This document shows positions 53,660 to 62,544 of a DNA stretch of 63,817 nt, piece by piece. The stretch is taken from positions 1 to 63,817 of the forward strand of contig JBFMGO010000023.1 in the NCBI GenBank assembly GCA_040752695.1, read 5' to 3'. The notes under the pieces are model-generated. The model saw only the letters and a list, made by a program, of their open reading frames with translations, did not search any database and was not told the origin of the DNA. The stretch's first letter is position 1; every line of letters begins with the position of its first letter. This DNA is from a bacterium (GTDB taxonomy: Bacteria > SZUA-182 > DTGQ01). The translations under genes and the position numbers were made by a program.

Positions 53660-53820
53660 CTGCATCCAGCACCAGTCACCGGCGCCCAACCACCAGCAAC
53701 CTGCATCCGGCCACCGACTGCCTGCATCCAGCGCATCAGCTACCTGCACCAGCGCCTGGCCGTCAGTAATCTGCATCCAGCGCATCAGCTACCTGCACCT
53801 GCACCAAACCACCAGCGTCT
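53660..53820. repeat. Degenerate C-rich repeat tract with a 29-bp direct repeat (53722-53750, 53771-53799)
   Basis: CTGCATCCAGCGCATCAGCTACCTGCACC x2 plus partial copies. Confidence 0.75.
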
Positions 53821-53822
53821 TG

Positions 53823-54182
53823 CTAAAACACGGCATCAATTTTCATTCTCAGCTTTTCAAAGTCAAGCGGTTTGGTGAAATAGTAAACTACTCCCCACTC
53901 TTTGGCCTTTTGGTAGTAGCTCTGATTATTAGAGCCGGTCATAATAATATTTTTGATTTCCGGATGCATATTTCTTACGATTGCCAGTAATTCCAGGCCA
54001 TCCATGTGGGGCATATTAATGTCTGTAATAATCATATCCGGTTTTTGGTGTTTGATTGCCTCCAAGGCGGTGATCCCGTTATCTGCTGTAGAAGTGTCGT
54101 ATCCTGCGTCCTCGAGAATATTCTGTAAGATGAAAGAGATGTGCTGCTCATCGTCAACAATAAGAATTCGCTTGCTCGCCAT
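53823..54182 (-). CDS. Single-domain response regulator (CheY-like)
   Basis: ILIVDDE, ITDINMP.MDG, MTG, KP. Confidence 0.92.
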   Translation of the reverse strand: MASKRILIVDDEQHISFILQNILEDAGYDTSTADNGITALEAIKHQKPDMIITDINMPHMDGLELLAIVRNMHPEIKNIIMTGSNNQSYYQKAKEWGVVYYFTKPLDFEKLRMKIDAVF

Positions 54183-54264
54183 GTGGACCCCCCTTGAGTA
54201 TAGTTTGGATGAGTAGAGAGTTTTACTGGTCCATCGGATTCTATTACGCTTTGAGTTCTTCTAT

Positions 54265-54281
54265 AGCAAACGAAGTGCCAA
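54265..54281 (-). promoter_or_regulatory. sigma54 (-24/-12) promoter of the response regulator
   Basis: TTGGCAC-TTCGT-TTGCT on the minus strand. Confidence 0.7.
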
Positions 54282-55050
54282 CGTACTTTTATTATTCATT
54301 TCACCGGCTCAATTCCTGGAGGAATCCATCTGATTCATGCTACAAGACAGTATAACCAATGGTTCATGTCTCACCGGTTCTCATCCAGAGGTTGAACACG
54401 AGAGCAAGACCCTCATAGGAAATGCCTCACTGCTGAGCGACCGTACTCCGGAGTCATCATTTGCGCGTCTGCACCAGCCCTGTGCGGTTTCAGGTACTGG
54501 AGCGAGCATGTCTTTTCCCCTGGATGGGAGGAGTGATCAAGATGTTTGATGAGATTGGTTTTATTAACCTTTTGGTGCTTGATAAAATATCTCAGGATAA
54601 GCTCAAAACCTTTACAGGCTGCACACTCGATAAGCAGCAACTCATATCATTTCTCAAGTGAATTCCTATGAGGGGGTGGGATTGGGAGGGTTTCCCTGTG
54701 AGTAGAGTGAGTTCCCATGAGAATGGTGTGGTCCTTAAAAGGGGAACTACCCTGATCATCCGCTCCATCATGGTAGTGAGAGGGAAAGAGAAAGATCGGG
54801 ATTTTTGAGATCCTCAACAAAAACCTGCCCTTGTAAGCGGGGGGGAAAGGAAAAAACACAATTTGCCTAATAGTTATGCAATGCCCCCTCTTGAGTGAAG
54901 AATGAAGGCTCAGGTGGTTACAGAAACATTTGGATGCTGGATATTCATCCCAGGTGTTCATTTGATTAACAGATAGCAAAAACCTGTCCGAAAATCAGAC
55001 ACATTACCGTACCGTGTTATCGTACCCGTATTAAAGTTATCGTACCCGTG

Positions 55051-55545
55051 TTAAAATTTTTCCCAATGCAAGACCTCGGTTAAGGGGCGTTTGGGGTGAC
55101 GTTGGACCTCTTGGCCATCATAGCCCAGGGCGATGAAGGAAACCAGTTTATAGCCTTGTGGAACGCCGAGCAGATGGCGGATATCTTCATCATAGGGCTT
55201 TTTATCTCCTGCAACCCAGCAGGAGGCGATACCGAGAGCAGTGGCTGCAATGAGGATATTTTCCGTAGCTGCACAGCCATCCTCGAGATAATACTTGGTA
55301 TCCTGACAAAAAACCACTATGCAGGCGGATGCCTGGGCAATGAATTTGCCCGTAGTTGCTATCTCGGCAATTTTTTGCCTGACTCCCCGGTCAGTAACTA
55401 CCACAAACTCCCAGGGCTGAACGTTTCTGGCCGTAGCCGCCAATCTGGCGCAATCGACAATCTGCTCCAGGTGTTCACGGGGGATGGGCTTATTATCAAG
55501 AAAACTCCTCTGGCTCTTCCTGCTTTGTAAGATTTCCAGACTCAT
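55051..55545 (-). CDS. Nitroreductase family protein
   Basis: RKSQRSF, AATARNVQPWEFVVV, NILIAA.ALG..SCW. Confidence 0.9.
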   Translation of the reverse strand: MSLEILQSRKSQRSFLDNKPIPREHLEQIVDCARLAATARNVQPWEFVVVTDRGVRQKIAEIATTGKFIAQASACIVVFCQDTKYYLEDGCAATENILIAATALGIASCWVAGDKKPYDEDIRHLLGVPQGYKLVSFIALGYDGQEVQRHPKRPLTEVLHWEKF

Positions 55546-55976
55546 GTATCTGTTTCTCCTTTCTGTTTTTTCCTCTTACAAATCTGTTTTTTTCTCTTAC
55601 AGATCTGTTTTTTCCTTGCAGAGGTATAACGGTTGAGTGCATAAGCTCGTTTCCTTTTCAGCCATATTTCTATCCGACGGTTTTTCCCCCGGCCCTCCTT
55701 CGTGCTATTGGATGCTATAGGCAGTGTCTGGCCGAATCCGGCCGCAACAATGCCGTTTCTGATTCCTTCCTCCTTAAGTGCTTGTTCGGGTTCTTGCTTG
55801 ACGCTGTTGGCGCGATCGATTGAAAGGTCAAGGTTCGAGTTGCGGTTTCCCAAGTTGTCAGCAAAACCGATTAAGATAATGCATCGGTCATGGTATTGAG
55901 AATCAGCCAGCAGTTGAACAATCCGCTTTAGTAAGTGTTTGAAATACCAATAACTTCGTAATGACAAAAAGTACAA
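55542..55976 (-). pseudogene. OmpA-like peptidoglycan-binding C-terminal domain fragment
   Basis: GFADN.G...NL.LS..RA..V, GFG...P.ASN....GR..NRR.EI; no signal peptide or N-terminal domain; KRKKQIC repeats at the C-end. Confidence 0.65.
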
Positions 55977-56065
55977 AAGTATAGTTATTATAGTATATTT
56001 TTAATCCACGTACACACTCAGTTTAAGCTATTTATGAACATTTACAGGGGATGAGGGATACGGCC

Positions 56066-57298
56066 TTACTTTATTACTATATTCCTGTCTGAGGCGTTGA
56101 TAATCCTTTGGATAACCTGCTCAAAGCTTAAGCCCGCCTGTTTTGCCGCGGCTGCAAACCCGCTGTCAGGGGAGATGCAGGGGTTAGCGTTGATTTCGAG
56201 TATCCAGGGATTCCCTTCATGGTCTACCCTGAAATCGACTCTGGCGTATCCGCGCAATTCAAATATATGCCAGCACTTTCTGGCTAATTCAGCCAGCCGC
56301 TCAAGGAGGGGACAGTCCTGGGAGGGGAAGTCAAAACATCGGGGTGTATGGCGATATTCGAAGGAATCCTCATCCCACTTGGCCCGGTAGTCCACGATCT
56401 TCAGTTTTCCGGCAGGATAGTCTTCAAATAGGATTTCGGCAGGGGGAAGCACCTCAGGCCCGCTGTCGTCCGCTAAGAGAGAGAGATTAAATTCCCTTCC
56501 CTCGATGTAGATTTCAGCAAAGCAATCCTGTCCGTCAACCTCCCTTCGATGCTCCATTTTCTGGTGCACATGATGGAGATTCTGGTTACAGCGATTCTGG
56601 TTATGGAGGCTCCGATCGCGGGAACTCCGGGGGAACTGGTCCACGGCAATCACTGAGGCATCGTCCAACCCAATGGATGCATGCTCCCAGACCGATTTGA
56701 TAATGTAAGAGGTGCTGCCAGCCATGGTACCGGTACCTGATACCTCGTTTACCTCCTTGCCAGCCGTCATCACGGGAGCCCCAGTGCCAGCCATCGATTC
56801 TTTGCCAGCCGTCCTGCCTCTCCCTTCGGTGTCTGTTATCGTCGTGGCCGTGGTTTCGGTACCGGATTTTGTAGTAATGGCTTCGGCAAAAGGTGTCGTC
56901 GTGGGCTTTCCCTGAGTGTTTTCCAGGGATATCCATTGTGGTGTTGGAAGGCCCAGGGGCTTCAGGATTTTCTTTGTCAGGAGCTTGTTTGTAGTCAAAA
57001 AAAGGGCCTCTGTTCTCGATCCGGTATATGGCAGTCTCAAAGAATCCAAAATGGCAGGTGCAAGACAGACAAACCTGCCTTTGCCATCTACCGTTTCCAC
57101 GAGATTGAAGACCATATCGGGCCTGGCTTTCTGCAAAGCAGATATCGCCATTTCGAGGTTGAGAGAAAAAGGGATGGTAACGGGCTCAAATCCCAGGACG
57201 GAGAGCGCCTGGGAAACGACCTCAACCTGCACCATGATATCCTGCTCATCCCTGCTCGCACCCTCGTTGATCCGGCTATGTAAAACAGCAATCTTCAC
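56066..57298 (-). CDS. D-Ala-D-Ala ligase-like ATP-grasp enzyme (second copy) with low-complexity insertions
   Basis: VFNLVE, PYTGS, KSVWEHASIG, E.YIEGREF, YARVDFR, EINANP. Confidence 0.85.
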   Translation of the reverse strand: MKIAVLHSRINEGASRDEQDIMVQVEVVSQALSVLGFEPVTIPFSLNLEMAISALQKARPDMVFNLVETVDGKGRFVCLAPAILDSLRLPYTGSRTEALFLTTNKLLTKKILKPLGLPTPQWISLENTQGKPTTTPFAEAITTKSGTETTATTITDTEGRGRTAGKESMAGTGAPVMTAGKEVNEVSGTGTMAGSTSYIIKSVWEHASIGLDDASVIAVDQFPRSSRDRSLHNQNRCNQNLHHVHQKMEHRREVDGQDCFAEIYIEGREFNLSLLADDSGPEVLPPAEILFEDYPAGKLKIVDYRAKWDEDSFEYRHTPRCFDFPSQDCPLLERLAELARKCWHIFELRGYARVDFRVDHEGNPWILEINANPCISPDSGFAAAAKQAGLSFEQVIQRIINASDRNIVIK

Positions 57299-57388
57299 GT
57301 GCAGTCATCCTTTATTTATCATTACCTTTGTTTGTAATTACCTTCTCCTTTGTACAACAGTCGGTTGTACAACAGTCATTTTCCTTAC

Positions 57389-58414
57389 TTAAGCCGAGAG
57401 TTGGATAACATCAGGAAATTGTTTCCAGTTGATTCGCTTCTGGTCGATCCGCTTGAGGGCGGATCGCATAATCTGAGCGATCAACTCACGGTATGTGATG
57501 CCAAGAAGAGCGCCGAGAATGGGAAGATCAGAATGGTGGGGCCGTAATCCAGCCAATGGATTGACCTCCATGAAGCAGGGCTTGCCATGAGTGTCCGCAC
57601 GCAAATCGATTCTGCCTGCATCTCTGCATCCGAGGCCGCGCCAGGCTGCCAACGCCACCGCCTGGACATCAATGGCCATAGCATCATTCACCAACCGGTA
57701 TTCCACCTTTCCTTCCCACACTTCCTTGTTCGCATAGGAGTAAACATCAGGCTCGGCATTGTGCAGGAGGATAATTTCCAGTGTACCGATGGCCCTTGCA
57801 TCCTGGCCGGTTCCAATAATCCCGACGGTGAATTCCCGCCCGGGGAGAAATGTCTCGACCAAAACCGGCTGTGTATATTCTCTGAGGAGCCTCTGGCATA
57901 CCGCATCGAGTTCGGCTTTTGTCCGGATCTTCGAAGCTGCCGTTATCCCCTTGCCGGTCCCTTCGGCAACCGGTTTGGCAAAAAGAGGGAAAGAAAGGTT
58001 AACCCGTGACAGGTCATCCTCTGTTTCGATAATGGCGAAATCGGGAGTAGGGATACCCAGGTCCCGGATGATGCGCTTGGTTATGCCTTTGTGAAGTGCC
58101 AGGGAAAGGACCATTGGATCAGAGAACGTGTAGGGTATGTCATAAGCGTCCAGAAGGGCGGGAATCTGTGCCTCCCTGCCGAATCCCCTCAGCCCTTCGG
58201 CAATATTAAAAATCATATCCCACCGATCCCCTCTGGCCAGCCGCTGAACGAGGCTCTTTACATGGCCGATGCGGTCCGTCTCATAGCCTGACTCCTGCAA
58301 AGCCTGCTCAATGGCCTCTATGGTTATCGAACTGTCGAATTCGGCGGTTTCCTCTTCCCCATATCCTTCGGCGAGGTAGTCATCTCGAAGATCGTAGGTG
58401 ATTCCGATTATCAT
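57389..58414 (-). CDS. D-Ala-D-Ala ligase-like ATP-grasp enzyme (first copy)
   Basis: IFNIAEG, IPYTFSD, KPVAEGTGKGI, E.FLPGREF, GRIDLR, EVNPLAGL. Confidence 0.88.
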   Translation of the reverse strand: MIIGITYDLRDDYLAEGYGEEETAEFDSSITIEAIEQALQESGYETDRIGHVKSLVQRLARGDRWDMIFNIAEGLRGFGREAQIPALLDAYDIPYTFSDPMVLSLALHKGITKRIIRDLGIPTPDFAIIETEDDLSRVNLSFPLFAKPVAEGTGKGITAASKIRTKAELDAVCQRLLREYTQPVLVETFLPGREFTVGIIGTGQDARAIGTLEIILLHNAEPDVYSYANKEVWEGKVEYRLVNDAMAIDVQAVALAAWRGLGCRDAGRIDLRADTHGKPCFMEVNPLAGLRPHHSDLPILGALLGITYRELIAQIMRSALKRIDQKRINWKQFPDVIQLSA

Positions 58415-58686
58415 ATCATTTTACCTTCTATCATTCCTCTGCACCGTTTCTTTATCGGGGTGCAGCATAAGAGAGAATGCGATAGAGAATGCGCCATGGT
58501 GACATTTTTCAAATGGTCAGGTATCGAAATAATGCGCTTTTGGTTCTCGTTTTTGGGTCTATGTATGTTGTTTATTTTTATTGTGAAGTGGTTATTTGCC
58601 CCACCAGGTGCCGGGCCGCACAAGGAGGATACCGACACCTGGCGTTTATCTCAAATGATTTTCATACCGTTAGGCAGGTGAATGTA

Positions 58687-59106
58687 TTATTCAGACTCAG
58701 GGGCCTGATGCTCCTGCTCTGACTCACCTTCGTGTTGATGCTGGGATTCGCCCTCGACATCGGCACCTTCTGCCGGCTGGCTGCTTTCATAGTTGCTTTC
58801 GGGAGCTACTTCAATTTCAGGTGCACTGTTTTCATCAATATTCTCAGAGTTCAGATCCTCTGCTGGCTTTTCATACCCATGATCACCTTTATCTCCTTCA
58901 CTTTCATGTACTTCCGGTGGAGTGAGTTTTTCCTCGGCAGGCATATCTGTTTCGACGACAGTATCCGGAGCTTCAGCAAATTGATCGGCTTCGGCGATGA
59001 CTGTTTCTGTGGACTTATCTACAGCTAAGGCACGATTACTGGAAACGAATACAAATACTCCAAAAGCAAAAAAGAAGAGGACTGCAATAAAAATTTTTCG
59101 TTTCAT
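58687..59106 (-). CDS. Secreted, highly acidic (Glu-rich) low-complexity protein
   Basis: AGGAG RBS; signal peptide ending ALA; mature part 26 Glu + 9 Asp in 111 aa by manual count. Confidence 0.8.
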   Translation of the reverse strand: MKRKIFIAVLFFFAFGVFVFVSSNRALAVDKSTETVIAEADQFAEAPDTVVETDMPAEEKLTPPEVHESEGDKGDHGYEKPAEDLNSENIDENSAPEIEVAPESNYESSQPAEGADVEGESQHQHEGESEQEHQAPESE

Positions 59107-59347
59107 TCAATTTCTCCTAACTTTTCCTTCTCAGAACTGCCCTTTTCCCTACGGAAGATACGGCGGCTGATTATAGTGAGAAAACATACTCTTTGCAAGC
59201 TTAACAGGCTCAAGAATGTATCCCCTTAATTCTCTCTCACTCCTGCTTCATTCTCACCCCCCTCCATCCACATTTCCAATACCCTCTCTATACATACTCT
59301 CCCTCATAACTTTCTATTCGCGTTTTCCATCTATTCGCGGCTTCTAT

Positions 59348-60739
59348 CTATTCGCGGCTTCCATCCGAATCCGGGTAACGATAGAGTTTGCCTTCATAGT
59401 TTCTCAACAGGAGGAACCCTTCCTCCCGGCCAACGACATATTCAGGAACCAGGGGGATCTTACCTCCGCTTCCAGGGGCATCAACAACGTAATTCGGCAC
59501 CGCATAGCCGGTAGTGTATCCGCGCAGGCCCCTGACAATTTCCAGCCCTTTTCTTACCGATGTGCGAAAATGACCTGATCCTGAAATAGGGTCGCACTGA
59601 TAGAGATAGTAAGGCTTTACGCGCACCTTAAGCAAGCCATGCACCAGCCGTCTCATGGTTTCCACGTTGTCATTCACCCCCGACAAAAGAACAGTCTGGC
59701 TGCCCAGGGGGATGCCTGCATTGGCCAGTCTCTCGCAAGCCTGGCTGGTTTCGGGAGTAAGCTCGGCCGGATGAGTGAAATGAATACTCATCCAAAGGGG
59801 GTGATAGCGCTTGAGCATACGGACAAGGACCGGAGTGATGCGTTGCGGTAAAACAACCGGAACCTTGGTTCCAAGGCGCAGGAATTCCACATGAGGGATG
59901 CGGCGCAACCGGGCAAGCAGCCACTCGATTTTCTGATCCGGAAGGGTCAACGGATCACCGCCGGAAATAAGTACATCCCGGATGGTTGGTGTCGCTTCTA
60001 TGTAAGCCACAGCCCGTTCCCATTGTGCTTGATTAAAGCGGACATCGCCTTGATGACCCACCATGCGTGAGCGGGTGCAGTACCGGCAGTATGTCGAGCA
60101 AAAGCCGGTAACCAGAAACAGTACCCGGTCAGGATAGCGGTGTACCACTCCCGGAACCGGGCTGTGAGCATCTTCGCCAAGAGGATCGTCAGATTCCCCT
60201 GGTGTACAAACATATTCGGCACTCGCGGGCACCACGGTGCGGCGCAGGGGCTGTTGCGGATCCTTCGGATCGAGGAGACTGGCGAAGTACGGTGTGATTC
60301 CCAGGGGCAGCGGACTTTCGTGGCAGGTGCTGGCCTTAAGCTCATCCTCCGATAACTGAATGATGCGTGACAATTCATCGATATCCGTAATACGGTTGCG
60401 CAACTGCCACCGCCAGTCATTCCAGTCGGCCTTGCTTGCATCGGGGAAGAAGCGTTTGCGAAAGGAGCAAAGGCTCGACCGTGTTTTATATCTGTCTGAG
60501 CCGCTCAATTGCCTACCGGACGCATGACTGGCCGCTTTGGGCATTGCAAAAACAAGAGATGATGAGGTGGGTTGATCTTTGGTTATTGTTGATGAGGAGG
60601 CAGGGCACTCGTTCTGTTCGCCTCCAAAGACACCGGCAGCGCCGGTCATACTACCTGGAGGTTCAGTGTCTTCTTCGTTTACTACTACTGATACGGTTTC
60701 CTGGCGGACACAAAGATTATTTTTCATTTTACCTATCAA
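59348..60739 (-). CDS. KamA family radical SAM enzyme (lysine 2,3-aminomutase-like)
   Basis: WNDWRWQ, DPLGED, HRYPDRVL, CSTYCRYC, SGGDPL, YYLYQCD, VVDAPGSGGK (PLP Lys). Confidence 0.92.
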   Translation of the reverse strand: MIGKMKNNLCVRQETVSVVVNEEDTEPPGSMTGAAGVFGGEQNECPASSSTITKDQPTSSSLVFAMPKAASHASGRQLSGSDRYKTRSSLCSFRKRFFPDASKADWNDWRWQLRNRITDIDELSRIIQLSEDELKASTCHESPLPLGITPYFASLLDPKDPQQPLRRTVVPASAEYVCTPGESDDPLGEDAHSPVPGVVHRYPDRVLFLVTGFCSTYCRYCTRSRMVGHQGDVRFNQAQWERAVAYIEATPTIRDVLISGGDPLTLPDQKIEWLLARLRRIPHVEFLRLGTKVPVVLPQRITPVLVRMLKRYHPLWMSIHFTHPAELTPETSQACERLANAGIPLGSQTVLLSGVNDNVETMRRLVHGLLKVRVKPYYLYQCDPISGSGHFRTSVRKGLEIVRGLRGYTTGYAVPNYVVDAPGSGGKIPLVPEYVVGREEGFLLLRNYEGKLYRYPDSDGSRE

Positions 60740-60806
60740 TCTCCCTCTTCTAATGAGCTTCTTGATTGTTCATGGCTATTGAGCCTTTTCCTTACAAAAA
60801 AACATA

Positions 60807-60833
60807 CGGAGGTGAAGGCCCTTCTCACCTCCG
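60807..60833 (-). terminator. Terminator-like hairpin between the small acidic gene and kamA
   Basis: CGGAGGTGA...TCACCTCCG followed by TATGTTTTTTT on the minus strand. Confidence 0.55.
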
Positions 60834-60908
60834 GTCAAAAAATTAGCCCCAATTTTAACATGAAAGTATAAAAAGTGAAATAATAATTTTTATCACTTTC
60901 TTGTAAAA

Positions 60909-61205
60909 TTAATCGTCAAGTATCTCGTAGCTCCTTACTGAAATGAGCTTTCCTCCCTCTCCATCGTCCTCGACGACTCCCGTAGCTTTCACATTCCTAT
61001 AAACGAGTTCCAGTAATTCCTCTCCCTTCGGATTATCATCAACCAGGTATTCCTCTTCGTCCGCAGTCGATATCGTAACAGCAACGATATCGTCATCTTC
61101 GTCCCAATCTGCTGCAGTGACAATCCCGGTAATGGTAACTTGCTGACCGGCTTTGCCTCGCTTCACGTTTCGGTCTCCTTGTTTAATAGTGTTGCCCCTG
61201 CTCAA
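60909..61205 (-). CDS. Small acidic beta-rich hypothetical protein (OB-fold-like)
   Basis: TITGIV...EEYLV...V.ATG.V...ISVRSYE; start codon uncertain. Confidence 0.7.
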   Translation of the reverse strand: MSRGNTIKQGDRNVKRGKAGQQVTITGIVTAADWDEDDDIVAVTISTADEEEYLVDDNPKGEELLELVYRNVKATGVVEDDGEGGKLISVRSYEILDD

Positions 61206-61287
61206 TGACCAACACCACCAATACCATTGAGCACCCTTAAATAGCGATAATCCCCGCTACGAGAACAGAGATATGCATGGTGTAACA

Positions 61288-61303
61288 TGCAATTGTTGTG
61301 CCA
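61288..61303 (-). promoter_or_regulatory. sigma54 (-24/-12) promoter
   Basis: TGGCAC-AACAA-TTGCA on the minus strand. Confidence 0.75.
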
Positions 61304-61352
61304 TTCTCTAAGATATTAAAATAAAAGGGGTTATCTATGTTTAGAGAACAAG

Positions 61353-61512
61353 ATCGGAACTACGGGTTCCGATGTTTTTGCCGGCTTGCAACCTGAATTT
61401 CAGATTCGTTATTATTGTTCGATACATGGCGCAATTACTCCTGATAAAAGGGATAGTATAAACAGGAACTGTCAGTTCAGGTAAGAAAAATATCGGAACT
61501 ATTGGTTCTGAT
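61353..61512. promoter_or_regulatory. Three GAAC-N5-GTTC palindromes (candidate enhancer/TF sites)
   Basis: ATCGGAACTACGGGTTCCGAT (61353), GAACTGTCAGTTC (~61466), ATCGGAACTATTGGTTCTGAT (61492). Confidence 0.6.
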
Positions 61513-61646
61513 AGAGGTACCTGTTCTCCCTCTTCCCTTGAAAAATTCTGTTCAATGATAATTTGGAACAGCCCGCCGGGTAACGGGTATTTTTCATGTC
61601 TGCCGAGAAAGAGGCTAAAAGCTTAGGAGAAACGTATCGGTTCTTA

Positions 61647-61698
61647 ATGTTTCTATCTGATAATGTTTCTATCTGATTATGAAATGTTTCTATCTGAT
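61647..61698. repeat. AATGTTTCTATCTGAT-like unit x3
   Basis: Read directly from the sequence. Confidence 0.8.
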
Positions 61699-61752
61699 TT
61701 ATGAGATGATCAGCTAACCTTTGACTATTTGAAAAGGGGGAGAGGGGGAGGT

Positions 61753-62271
61753 ATGAGCAGGATTGCAGTTATCATTACGGATATGTTCGAGGATATGGAA
61801 TACGCCAGGCCGGCAGAGGCCTTTAGAGAGATGGGACATCAGGTGATCCATGCAGGGCTGGAAAAGGGAGCGATCGTAAAGGGCAAGTCCAAGGGGACAC
61901 CGGTCAAAATTGATCTCGCGGTAAGTGAAGCATCAGCAAGCGATTTTGATGCCCTCTTTATTCCTGGCGGCTATTCTCCGGACCGGCTGAGAATCAATGA
62001 CGATGCAGTGCGGTTTGTCAGAGATTTTGTGGCCAGTGGCAAGCCTGTTCTGTCTATCTGCCATGCACCTCAGCTTCTGATCACTGCCCAGGTCCTTAAG
62101 GGCCGCAAAATCACGGGCTGGAAGTCGATCATGCAGGATATCAAAAATGCTGGAGCGGAATTCATCGATCAGGCAGTGGTGGAGGATGGGAATATCATCT
62201 CCAGCCGCAGGCCGGATGATATTCCTGCATTTATTGATGCATCGCTTAAAAAATTAGGAGGCCGGGCATAG
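61753..62271 (+). CDS. PfpI/DJ-1 family type 1 glutamine amidotransferase-like protein
   Basis: FEDMEY..P, IPGGYSPD.LR, ICHAP nucleophile elbow, SR.PDD. Confidence 0.92.
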   Translation: MSRIAVIITDMFEDMEYARPAEAFREMGHQVIHAGLEKGAIVKGKSKGTPVKIDLAVSEASASDFDALFIPGGYSPDRLRINDDAVRFVRDFVASGKPVLSICHAPQLLITAQVLKGRKITGWKSIMQDIKNAGAEFIDQAVVEDGNIISSRRPDDIPAFIDASLKKLGGRA

Positions 62272-62292
62272 GAAAAAGGTATCCTGCCTTAT

Positions 62293-62478
62293 TGTCGGGA
62301 ATTCCTACATTCTGGTAATAAATTTTAGTTCAAAATAATCAAGTAGTTACAATAATAATTATGATACATCATAAAAATTATGTCTGCCTTGGCTACACTT
62401 TTTTGAAGTGCCAATGCTCCTGTTTCATTACTATAGCTATCTAAATTCAATAAATTGCAAATAGGAATGAAATTTGCA
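62293..62478 (+). promoter_or_regulatory. Candidate sigma54 promoter with two TGT-N11-ACA upstream sites for the PEP-CTERM gene
   Basis: TGTCGGGAATTCCTACA (62293), TGTCTGCCTTGGCTACA (62381), GG-N10-GC in AGGAATGAAATTTGCA (62463-62478). Confidence 0.5.
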
Positions 62479-62544
62479 TAATAGATGTACTGTATCATTT
62501 TTCAGGAAACCGCATTTTGCAGGAAAAAAATAAGGGAGAGGTAC

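Noticed and set aside
53660..53820. 29-bp direct repeats as a mini CRISPR array
   Set aside because: Only two full copies with a 20-nt spacer made of the same C-rich motif, not palindromic, and no cas genes in the window.
54337..54979. Short ORFs in the response regulator-nitroreductase gap
   Set aside because: No motifs or convincing RBS, and the frames overlap on both strands; left unannotated.
58411..58665. MKII-UGA read-through into the 75-aa ORF as a selenoprotein
   Set aside because: A hairpin follows the UGA, but the product has no redox motif, no clear RBS and does not look like a protein.
61353..61512. GAAC/GTTC palindromes as LexA boxes
   Set aside because: The spacer is 5 nt rather than the 4 nt of the Gram-positive SOS box, and the neighbouring genes are not SOS genes.
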